From positions 1 to 53,933 of IMG/VR virus record IMGVR_UViG_3300027973_000070: a DNA stretch of 53,933 nucleotides; one strand, given 5' to 3'. Shown here one piece after another: positions 9,440-18,700 of the stretch; position 1 is the stretch's first letter, and the number at the start of each line of letters is the position of its first letter. The notes below the pieces were generated by a model that saw nothing but the letters and a program-made list of their open reading frames with translations, was not told the origin of the DNA and did no database searches. Made by a program: the position numbers and the translations under genes. Source of the DNA: a virus. Lineage: Duplodnaviria; Caudoviricetes.

Positions 9440-10354
9440 CTAAACGCCGGGAGTGCCGTACATGGCGCGAGGGTCAGTGAAGCCCACCTGATAACGCTCT
9501 GTGGCCTTGTAGCGCATGGAGTCGGTCTCGAAGTCACCTTCCATCGTCTTCTCCAGCTTGCGGCGCATCAGCAACTTCATACCTTCTGGAGCATCGGTCT
9601 GCACCCAGAATGCGGTAGAGGAAGTCAAACGTGACAAAACAGCCGCGCCCTCGTCAAGCAAGCCAATTGACTTGATTGGGTTGACATCGTTGTTGCCCGT
9701 GCCCGAACGCAAGACGGACTTCAACAGAACTTCAGCTTGGAACACGTTGCCCGGTGCGACGACCAGTTGACGCGGAACCAAACGGATTTTCTTGCCGTTG
9801 TTGTCGACAGCTTGGCGAATCTGAATCAGAATCTGTTCGAGAGATGTCTGAGACAGGTTTGCGGCTGTAGTCAACTGGTTGCTGAAAGTACCGTTCACGA
9901 TTGGGTGAGCAGTATTTATCAGAGACACGCCGTCGCCGCCGGGGTAGCTGGAGTTGAACGCACGGTTCAACACGTTAGCCGACAGAGTTTCCTTGGTTTC
10001 AATCAAAGACTGTGCCAAGTGACGTGCATAAACCTGCCCGATGCGGATGTGGTCGCCATCTTCAACCAACACCTTGGTCAACGCGAAGGCCAAGCCAAAC
10101 ACGTTATACACGTAGCGTTGCAAGAAGAGAACACCACCCTGCTGATACGAAACAGGAGTTCCGTCAGGCAGTTGAGGCGCGGCTCCAAATCCGTAAAGGA
10201 CTGGTTCTTCGTGGTAGTTGCGGGGAATACCTTCCTGCTCACGGAAAACCCGTGACCATTCATCGGTACGTTGGTCATAGACTCCATCGAAGCATTCGTT
10301 GAGGATAGGCTCGACGATACTTCTAAAGTCCGTACTGCGCATTGGTGCGGCCAT
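9440..10354 (-). CDS. Major capsid protein
   Basis: 304 aa; GGDGVSL..TAHP, LVVAPGN, GDFETDSMRYKATERY..GF.DPRAMYG motifs of Mu gpT/BPP-1-like capsid proteins; follows scaffold and decoration genes. Confidence 0.88.
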   Translation of the reverse strand: MAAPMRSTDFRSIVEPILNECFDGVYDQRTDEWSRVFREQEGIPRNYHEEPVLYGFGAAPQLPDGTPVSYQQGGVLFLQRYVYNVFGLAFALTKVLVEDGDHIRIGQVYARHLAQSLIETKETLSANVLNRAFNSSYPGGDGVSLINTAHPIVNGTFSNQLTTAANLSQTSLEQILIQIRQAVDNNGKKIRLVPRQLVVAPGNVFQAEVLLKSVLRSGTGNNDVNPIKSIGLLDEGAAVLSRLTSSTAFWVQTDAPEGMKLLMRRKLEKTMEGDFETDSMRYKATERYQVGFTDPRAMYGTPGV

Positions 10355-10365
10355 GATTGGACTCC

Positions 10366-10938
10366 TTAGATGGCGTTAATGGTTGCAACAAATTGACTGC
10401 GAGAGACTTGTACTTGCACAACTGTGTAAGCGTCGCCCCAAGCGTTGTCAACAGCAGGTGTGAGGCCGATGATACGCATATCACCAACAGCACCAGAACC
10501 TGCTAACGAGGTGGAAATCATGCATTGCGACAAACCAGTGGTTGTAGAACCAGCGGTAATGCTTGCAAAGTCTGCTTGGTCTCCAATGGAGGTCTGAGCC
10601 AGACTACCGTTGGCCTGAATGTCGTAAACGATGTTCGGGTCAGAATAGTAGTAAGTCACTTCAGAACCAGTTTGGTATGCAGTGCTTGCAATCCATTGGT
10701 TGCTGACAAGACGACGACCAGTGAGGTCGGTGTACTCGTGACCAGCAAAAGCACCTTGGTAGGCGCTACCAGCAACAGCGGCAATGATGTTGCCACTGGT
10801 GTTGAGTGCTACGGGTTGGCCTTTCAGAAGACCAGTTCCGTAGGCAGAGGCAATACCGTTAGGCAGTGCAACCGCTCTGTCCAGACCCGAAGGGTGGAAA
10901 GAGGGACGCATACCAAACGGAGCATTAGTTGAAGACAT
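10366..10938 (-). CDS. Putative capsid cement/decoration protein
   Basis: NAPFGMRP start, DPNIVYDIQ, GSTTTGLS; immediately upstream of the capsid gene. Confidence 0.65.
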   Translation of the reverse strand: MSSTNAPFGMRPSFHPSGLDRAVALPNGIASAYGTGLLKGQPVALNTSGNIIAAVAGSAYQGAFAGHEYTDLTGRRLVSNQWIASTAYQTGSEVTYYYSDPNIVYDIQANGSLAQTSIGDQADFASITAGSTTTGLSQCMISTSLAGSGAVGDMRIIGLTPAVDNAWGDAYTVVQVQVSRSQFVATINAI

Positions 10939-10967
10939 AGTCTTATTCCTTTGTTCAGTTAAAAACC

Positions 10968-11507
10968 CTACCCCGAAAAATACGGTGCAGGAATCGGTTT
11001 GTCCATGTCATGTAACCCTTCGCCTTCAATCTGACCGAGGCTTCTGCCTCGACTATCGCGTCCCACGTTCTGCTCTGCTTGAAGTTTGATTTTATTCGCT
11101 TCTTCCTGCGGTGCATCATGGTGAAAATGAGCCATGACATCTTGATAAAGTTCCATTGGAATCTTGTACAAGAGCATCTCATTACACGCAACATAACCTT
11201 CATGCTCTCCAGCCTTTACACGGTTATTTCGCATCTCAGGTAACTCATCCGCTTTCACGGGAACGTACCCTAACCGAATCCGTTTATCAATGCTGTCGTA
11301 ACTGTTGGTTGTCGATAACCAGCAAACGTGCCATCCCGGTATTACAGGGACAGCGGGCAATGCACTTTGTTGCCATTCGTCTTTCCACATCTTTCGACGC
11401 TCATCTGACGATGCCAGCTTATCCTCTGGAGCCTCACGAATCGTGTCGCGAATACCGCGATTGTCGCGGTCTCCAGTATTCAAATTTCTTTTTAAACGAG
11501 AATCCAT
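10968..11507 (-). CDS. Conserved head-module protein
   Basis: IPGWHVCWLSTTN...LGYVPV...LLYKIP; GGAG RBS. Confidence 0.65.
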   Translation of the reverse strand: MDSRLKRNLNTGDRDNRGIRDTIREAPEDKLASSDERRKMWKDEWQQSALPAVPVIPGWHVCWLSTTNSYDSIDKRIRLGYVPVKADELPEMRNNRVKAGEHEGYVACNEMLLYKIPMELYQDVMAHFHHDAPQEEANKIKLQAEQNVGRDSRGRSLGQIEGEGLHDMDKPIPAPYFSG

Positions 11508-11518
11508 TTTATTACTCC

Positions 11519-12478
11519 TTAACCGTTGTTGTTGCGTGCTTCTAAGGCGTAGCGTCGAATCATCTTCGCTCGTTTCTCAGCGTCATCCCACATACCTGCA
11601 TCTTTCATGGCTCTCACCTGTTCGGGTGATAGGGTGAATGAATTCCCCCTGCCATTATTCGACGCAAATTCGCGGCCTGAACTAGTCACTGCACTTCTTG
11701 GTCTGGAGCGCGGTCTCTCGTTTGCATCCTCAGTATACCTGTGTGGTACTACTCTTTGCAAGCGTTTGTCAAGTTCTTCCCAATACTCGGCAGTTTTGGG
11801 GTCGTACCCCTCTTCTGCAAGGATTGCGTCCTCGTTCAAAGCGCGGCGTGAGTCAGGGTCTTTCCCGTTCGGGTCGTACCAAGTGTTTTCCGCCATCCAT
11901 TTGCTGGCATGGCGTTGTAGTTGGGGGTCTGGAGCCTGAATAGTGCGCTGGTTTTGCGGTGCAACAGCGCGTTTCTTGAGGTTTTGCAGCGCCTCGGCCT
12001 GCCGACGGGCGTCAAACCACATTTCTTGCGCAGAAGTTGACAATTCACCATTTCCAGTCGCGGTAGCCTCTGCCATTTTCTTTTTTGCAAAGATAATGCG
12101 ACCGTTTTGGTCTTCAATGGCTTGGTCAAGGCGTGCAAGGTCACTTCCGTGGGACTTGCGCTCCAAAACAGACAATCGCTCAAGCAGTTGCTGGTTCTGA
12201 CGCTCTAAAAGGGTCAATTTAACGTCTTTTTCGGTCGAAACCTGCCTGTGGTACTCCTTGCGGCGGGTGCGTTTGAGGCGCTTTTGCTCACGAAGAGCCT
12301 CTGCGTCAGCATCTACAGCCCCGCCAACCACCATTTCCTTCTCACGGGCGCGTTCATCTGCCTCGTCAGAGCCGTGTTCATCGCTCCCTTCAGGTGAGGG
12401 AATACTCGGAGGCAACTCAATGGTTGCGGAGCCGTCTTTCTCCTCTTGAATGACGATAACCTCTTGTTCGGTACTCAT
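11519..12478 (-). CDS. Putative scaffolding protein
   Basis: Acidic N-terminus, coiled coil, NTWY, EEGYDP..EYWEELDKR, C-terminal TLSPEQVRAMK; position between portal and capsid genes. Confidence 0.65.
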   Translation of the reverse strand: MSTEQEVIVIQEEKDGSATIELPPSIPSPEGSDEHGSDEADERAREKEMVVGGAVDADAEALREQKRLKRTRRKEYHRQVSTEKDVKLTLLERQNQQLLERLSVLERKSHGSDLARLDQAIEDQNGRIIFAKKKMAEATATGNGELSTSAQEMWFDARRQAEALQNLKKRAVAPQNQRTIQAPDPQLQRHASKWMAENTWYDPNGKDPDSRRALNEDAILAEEGYDPKTAEYWEELDKRLQRVVPHRYTEDANERPRSRPRSAVTSSGREFASNNGRGNSFTLSPEQVRAMKDAGMWDDAEKRAKMIRRYALEARNNNG

Positions 12479-12894
12479 ATGAATGCCCTCACTTGCAGTG
12501 GATTACCTGTGATTTTGGCAATCACCTCGTGGTCATTCAGCACCATGAATTCGATGTTTTCCTCTCCATGCGAAACAACCCAGCGGTCGCCAGTCCATTT
12601 GGGGACTCGTAGGTAATCGCCTATTTCGCACCAAATACCCTCGACCCAAGGCTCCATCGTGTCGCGTTTCTTGAACGCCAACGGGCCAAATGCAATCACC
12701 TTGGCAACGGGGTTTTGCGCCCGTTCGGTGTCGCGAGTCTCTTCAGGCAAAATAATCCCAGATTGAGTCATTCGCTTCTTGGCTTTTCGCAGTTGTACTA
12801 AAACTCTTGCACCAAGGGGAATCGCACCGGGGTCTACAAGAGGAAATGCATCCTCTAAATCAGCGGCATTACCCGCTACCGTGCTATCTGTCAT
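12475..12894 (-). CDS. groES: GroES-like co-chaperonin
   Basis: PLGARVLVQ...TQSGIILPE...KVIAFGP...GD...LNDHEVIA. Confidence 0.8.
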   Translation of the reverse strand: MTDSTVAGNAADLEDAFPLVDPGAIPLGARVLVQLRKAKKRMTQSGIILPEETRDTERAQNPVAKVIAFGPLAFKKRDTMEPWVEGIWCEIGDYLRVPKWTGDRWVVSHGEENIEFMVLNDHEVIAKITGNPLQVRAFI

Positions 12895-13069
12895 CTTCAT
12901 CTTCTTTCAAAAGGTAGTTAAGAATTTCAAGGGACTGTTCAAGTCCGAGGTTTTCTCCGACTAGGCGTTGGTATGCATTGAAGTCGGAAGCATTTCCATG
13001 CCCCAACCCCTTCTCAATCTCAGCCTGACGCGCTTTTACAGCGCCAATAAAGTCGGAAATTAACTTCAT
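12884..13069 (-). CDS. Small conserved protein upstream of GroES
   Basis: MKLISDFIG...YQRLVGENLGL; ATGA overlap with the upstream ORF. Confidence 0.6.
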   Translation of the reverse strand: MKLISDFIGAVKARQAEIEKGLGHGNASDFNAYQRLVGENLGLEQSLEILNYLLKEDEDDR

Positions 13070-13245
13070 GCGTTGGACTTTTCCACGCCCTTGTTTTGGG
13101 AGAAATTCCCGTGGTCGCTGTTGGCCTCTGGTAGTGTCGCTTTCGATTGTTCTTTCAAGGTTTCGCCTGTTACCCAAGCGCCAGCCGCCATGCGGGTGTG
13201 CTGACGGACTTGCTCAGATTGTTGGTCTTTGTCGGTGGTAGCCAT
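13066..13245 (-). CDS. Hypothetical protein (59 aa, not in track)
   Basis: AGGAG RBS; MATTDKDQQSEQVRQHTRMAAG...; fills the gap between portal and the next gene. Confidence 0.55.
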   Translation of the reverse strand: MATTDKDQQSEQVRQHTRMAAGAWVTGETLKEQSKATLPEANSDHGNFSQNKGVEKSNA

Positions 13246-13246
13246 T

Positions 13247-15760
13247 TCATACTCCTAAATTACGTTGAGTGGATTGGTTGAGTTTGATTGCAGTTTCTTC
13301 CTGCTCCTTGCGCAGTTTGGCCTCGTCTACGGTCAACTCTGCGGTCTTGATACGCTCTTGCGTCAAGTTGTTTTCGGCGTTCATAGCCACCTTTGCGTCT
13401 CGGTCTTGTGCTTTTTCTACCTGAGACACTTGCAGTTTCTGGGTGTCAAAGCCCAAACGCGCTTGGTCGGCGGCGGTACGGCGCTGGGTCTCGGCCATAG
13501 ACGCCTGCAACACGGCCTGAGCCTCGCCTTCCATTGGCGGTGCTGGTGGCTTGAACTGCTGCATGAATTGACCAAGTTTCTCAAGGGCTGGCATTACGCC
13601 TTGAAACACTTGTTTGGTATCCATGCTGACATGGTCTGATGCCACCGCAATAGCGCGGTCAATCTCTTTGGCAATCTTGCTATCTTCGTATTTGCCAATC
13701 TTGACGTTGCCAGCCGCAAGGACGTAGCCCTGCACCTGCTGGGTGTACCAGAGCATCATGTGCTGCTTGACATGCTCTAGAGCCTGCGGGATGAACTTGG
13801 GCGCGATAAGGCGGTTTGAGCCAAGCATTGGGTCTAGCCCGAAGGTCAAGTGGGTCTGGATGTGCGCAAGGTGGTCTTGGCGTGGGTAGGCAAAGGCTGG
13901 CCGACCCAGAGCCATTGCGCTGTTCTCGTCAGCCGCGTTCAACTCTGCTGGCTTGCCAGTGTTGGGCATCAACTCGTTGACGTTGGGAACCTTCAACTGC
14001 TTGAGCATTCGGCTCACTACAGCACGCTGGTCAAAGATGGCCGGGAACTGTGCGGACAACTGCATGACCGACTGCATCTGTGAAATACGCTGGGTCTCGC
14101 TGAAGATGTGGGGGTCGGAGACAGGAACCACATCGCTGTTGCGTCGGAAGTCTTCGCGCTTGATGGGCAACTCGGCAACGATGTCACCCTTGCGTTGGTC
14201 GTCCAGATGCCAGCGGTTGATGCGGCCAAGAACGTGCAACACCCGGCGTTGGGCATCATGCAGGCGTGCGTGGATGGACGAGAACACTACCGCACCCTGC
14301 TCAATCAGCGCCTGTGTTGTACCCACGGGCATATTGGAGTTGGCGTTGGCAATCTTCTCTTCTGCCGTGGTGACTACGCCTTTGGCTTCGGTTACCAAAA
14401 ACTGTAGCAACTGAAACAACACCGGGGATGGCGGATTGAACGGCATGGGCATGGCAATTTTGCGGATGTCGTCCACACCAATGCCGCCTTCAATCTCGGT
14501 CACCTGCGTAATTTCAATCTGGTCAGACTGGCCCGAAACTTTTGCGCCCTTCAGTTTCAGCATCGTCAGGGAGTTGTTGACATGTGCAGTGTCCAGCAAG
14601 GCCCGTAATGACCCCGTAGCGGCAGCGGAGAGACCTCCGATGAGGTGAGGTAGCCCAATGGCATACGCGCCCCGCCACGGGATGAATTTGAATTCAATCA
14701 TCCAGTCCAGCTTGGTCATGGTGACATCGCCTTCTTCCCAGTTGCGATACAAACCCAGCACCTTTCGGTCGAGTTCGTCAATCATCATGATGTAGGGCGC
14801 GGTTTCACCATTGGCGCGGGTGTCGTCTTCTAAGTCCAACCAAGTGTAGATGTGGTACACGCGGCGCAAACCGTCTTCTCCGTCCTCAAACTGCTTGCCC
14901 TCAATCTTGGCATTGGCCTTTTCGGCGGCAGTCTGCTCAGGCTCAGACGTTGTTCGGATGAAGTTGATGTCTCGGTACAAGCCCCGGTCGATGCGTTGCT
15001 TGAACTCCCACTCACTGATGTCTTGCTGCTCCGTTACGCGCTGTGAGGTGTAGAAGTTTGCAGACGCAAAGGGCAGCAGGATGTTGTCAATGGCAACGAA
15101 CTCAGCGCAGGGTCGGCGCTTCTTGTCGTCGTACCACAGCTTCATGAACTGTGAGCCGCCCAAAGGCAACTGGGTCAGCATCTGCTCCTGCTCGTCGCGG
15201 AACTCTTCAATCTGTTCGGTCAACTGCCAGTTCATGTAGTCGCGCTTGCGCTCTGCGACCTCGGTCTTCTCTTCTGTCACTTCGCCCAGAATCTTGGTCT
15301 TGGCTGGGCCGTCGGGCGGGAACATCTCTTTGATGGCACGGGAGGCAAAGTCCACGCAGGCTTCGGCCATCATGGGGTGAACTACCTTGGAGGCTCCAAG
15401 GAACTGCGCACCACCGGGGGCATCGTCTCCCATGCCAGTCCTGCGGAGTCCTTCTTCGTACTGCTTGTCGCGCTTCTTGCGTGCTTGGCGGTCGTTGTCA
15501 ATGAGGTCGATGTAGCGCGTAGCCAGAGACTCCAACTCGGTGATGCTGACAACCTCTTCAGCCAAGTTGGCGTAGAAGTCTTCGTCCTCGGCTGGGCCTT
15601 TGAAGTTCTCTAGCTTGACGACAGCAGAGCCGTCAGGCAACTCCTCAACATCGGGTTCCTCGCCGGGGAGCATATCCACCTCAGCCCCGCCCTCTTCGGT
15701 CATGCGGACGCCTTCGATGAAGCGGTCTTCATCTGGGCCAATTGGGTAATCTGTTGCCAT
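13247..15760 (-). CDS. Portal protein
   Basis: 837 aa; KVVHPMMAEACVDF, LPLGGSQFMKLWYD, FIPWRGAYAIGLPHLIG, PVGTTQALIEQG; downstream of terminase. Confidence 0.85.
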   Translation of the reverse strand: MATDYPIGPDEDRFIEGVRMTEEGGAEVDMLPGEEPDVEELPDGSAVVKLENFKGPAEDEDFYANLAEEVVSITELESLATRYIDLIDNDRQARKKRDKQYEEGLRRTGMGDDAPGGAQFLGASKVVHPMMAEACVDFASRAIKEMFPPDGPAKTKILGEVTEEKTEVAERKRDYMNWQLTEQIEEFRDEQEQMLTQLPLGGSQFMKLWYDDKKRRPCAEFVAIDNILLPFASANFYTSQRVTEQQDISEWEFKQRIDRGLYRDINFIRTTSEPEQTAAEKANAKIEGKQFEDGEDGLRRVYHIYTWLDLEDDTRANGETAPYIMMIDELDRKVLGLYRNWEEGDVTMTKLDWMIEFKFIPWRGAYAIGLPHLIGGLSAAATGSLRALLDTAHVNNSLTMLKLKGAKVSGQSDQIEITQVTEIEGGIGVDDIRKIAMPMPFNPPSPVLFQLLQFLVTEAKGVVTTAEEKIANANSNMPVGTTQALIEQGAVVFSSIHARLHDAQRRVLHVLGRINRWHLDDQRKGDIVAELPIKREDFRRNSDVVPVSDPHIFSETQRISQMQSVMQLSAQFPAIFDQRAVVSRMLKQLKVPNVNELMPNTGKPAELNAADENSAMALGRPAFAYPRQDHLAHIQTHLTFGLDPMLGSNRLIAPKFIPQALEHVKQHMMLWYTQQVQGYVLAAGNVKIGKYEDSKIAKEIDRAIAVASDHVSMDTKQVFQGVMPALEKLGQFMQQFKPPAPPMEGEAQAVLQASMAETQRRTAADQARLGFDTQKLQVSQVEKAQDRDAKVAMNAENNLTQERIKTAELTVDEAKLRKEQEETAIKLNQSTQRNLGV

Positions 15761-15769
15761 GTGTAATCC

Positions 15770-18700
15770 TTATCGTGCCATTGCGGCCAATCCACCGCGA
15801 CGTTTCTTTGGTGCTTCGGGCTTCTTGCCACTAAATAACTGGACGCCTTTTTTGACGCCCTTTTTAATTAAACCTGCTGGCGTAAGAAGACCAGCGACAG
15901 TCTCTGCTATTGGGAACTCGTTTTCTCCCAACAGTCCCGCTTTGTTCATTGCGTCAAGGTATTGCGCACTACCAAACCACGGCTTCTCAGAAGCCAACTC
16001 GGTTCCCAAAACTGCATCTGGAGCCATCAACAAAAAATTTGCAAGGTCAGGAATTGCGCCAGCGTATGAAGCGCCAACACGAAGAGCAAAATCCTTTATG
16101 CCCCTTGCGCTCTTGAGTTGGCTGACCTCGTCCTTAATTTTCTGCTTTGCCTTCTGCTTTTCCTCCTCATAGACTCCGGGGGCGTTGCGTTTGATGGCGT
16201 CCCAAGTCTTGTCGTCCATGACGCTAAGGTCGCTGGCGCTTATGCCTAACTCTTCAGGAGAGAACGTGCCGCCGCTTGTGGTGATGCCGCCCTTGTCCAT
16301 GAACTGTAGTTTGCTTAATGCGCCGCCGTGGGCCATGCCTTCGGGTGGCCGCAATGCTCTAAGCAACAAATCATCTTGTTCGGCTCTGGTCACGTATTCA
16401 CCAGCGCCAATTGCGTCCAGTTCGTCTGGAGAGAATTTGTCAATCAAATCACTCTTGCGAGTTAACCCGGTGTTCCTCAAGTCACCAACGTCAGACCACT
16501 GACCGCCCTTCACAAAGTCTTGGATGTAGGGCAGGTATTCCTCGTTGGGTGCGCGGTTGCCTTTGCCTTTAATTTGAGTGATGTTCTGCGGAGGAGTAAT
16601 GCCCCTTTCGGCAAGGTTTTTCTCAGCTTCAGCCCACAATGATTCGTTACCGGGAGCCATGTATTTTTGAATGCCACGTTCCTCAGCAAGGCGAATAATC
16701 TCTTTGTTCTTTTCTCCGGCATATTCATGCCCGCCACCAATTTTTGTTTCAACCGTCGCATGAGGCGCACCCTTTGAGTCAACCAGCGAGTACACCTTGG
16801 TCTTGCCGCTCTTGATGGCCTCCCAGCCTCCTTGGCCGTAACTAAGGCTACCCGAGTCTCCAGAGCCTTCAACCCAGTCAGGATGGCCCTTGGGCGGCTC
16901 GTAGCCCCTAACTGAGTGCCCCATCGCTTCGGACTCCTGTGAGAATGCGCCGGGCTTGTTGAGTTGAATCCATTTGTAGCCTTCAGGATACTCTCTGTAA
17001 GTAGGCAACCCCTCACGAGCCGCCGCCCTGCTGGCATTCATCTTGGCCGCAAGTTCTTGGTCGTACTCGAAGGTGCGGCGCACGGCCTGTTCCATGCTGA
17101 CTTTGCTGAGTTGCTCTGGGCGAATGCGGCCAGCAGTCACATCTTCACGCAGCACATCCATGATGTGGTCAAAGCCAAGGTCACCAGTGAACGGCGCATA
17201 CATCGGTGTTTCTGGCGCAAGTTTGTTGATGTAAGGGTTTTGACGCCCAAGTTCCATGTAGTTGTCCATCATTGGGACGTGCGCGTTTATATACTCAGTG
17301 TTAGCTTTTGCATAATCTGTATCGCCAACCATTTTTGCTTTTACATCAAACGCAGTGCCGCGAATCAAGTTGGCTTCTTCTCTTTCGTTGAGCCCGGCAA
17401 CCGCAATATGCTGCTTGAACTTTTCGTCCAACTCACTTCTAGCAGCACGCATTTTGTTCTCGGCCTCAGTGAACTTGGCAAACCTCTCTGGCATCTCTTG
17501 AATGTCACCAGCCCGGTGCGTTGCAATGGCCTCATCGGAGGCTTGCTCCCATGCTTGGGCTGCTGGGGATTGGCCCATGCCCTCTTCTGGGAAACCAGCT
17601 TCCCTGCGTTGCTTTCTCAACGGGGCAGTAGATAAATATGGGTTGTCACGCAAAAGACCGGGATTGTGCGTGATGCCCTGCTCGGCCAGCTTGCGCACTG
17701 GGTCGTCAGCCGTGCCCATTTGCTTCTTGACATAGTTGGTCAGGTTGCTGTCAACCCATTTGTCAATCGCGGCCTCACCCTTGGTTGCGTCAAGCATACG
17801 TTGAACGCGGTCTCGCTGGTCTTGGCTCAGTGTTGGGTTTTTCAACAATTCTTCGTGCTTAGATATTCTTTGAGCAGGCGTTTCACCCACAAAGGTCGGC
17901 GTTTTCAAAGGCTGCAAATCCTTCTCAGTCCGCCCAAGCAAGAAGTTCCCGCCCGTTGGCTTGACCACGTTGGCAGCAGGTTGACCAGCCGCTCGACCAA
18001 AGTCCTTGCCAGCCTTCATGACTGCCTTCGGTAGCCCGCCGACGAGCCGTATAGGCGCTCCCGGCCCAGTGTAGAAGCCCCCGGCTAGTGTCCCCAGCCC
18101 AGATGCTGCTTGCCCAGCAGGCGTGTCTGAGCGGAAGGGCAGGCGTTTCTCAATGTCCTCGGACGTTGGCAAGTAAGTCTCGCGGTGGTTGCCAGTGACT
18201 AGGTCACTGAGCGTCCGAGACCGCTCAAGGCCGGGAATCATGCGGATGAGCGACTCAATGTCACCGGGCGCTCCACCGATGCCTGACACCAAGCCACGGG
18301 CAAAGTCCATCGGCATATTGGCAGCAGCCTTGCGGTCGTTCTGATTCTCTGGCCTGCGCCCAGCAGAGCGGTAGCGCGGAGGGCTGAACTGGTCTAGCGG
18401 GTCACCGCCACCAGCCATCATTAGTCCACCCTTGGCCTTGCTGATGTCTGGGTCAGTGATGTCGTAAGTACCACGGTTGCTTATGGCGGATTTGATTTGC
18501 TCTGGCTCAAATGCCACCCAATTGTCTGAAGAATACTCGTTGCCTTTTGCTAACCCTCTCGGGTTTGCTTTAATCAACAAACCATCATGGCCCTCTTGTA
18601 TCAAAGAATCTTTAAAATCTTGGATAAATTTTTCTGCATCCTTCTTCTTCATGTTTTGCAAAGCCATGCTCTGCAACATATATTGCGATGAAGGTATTTC

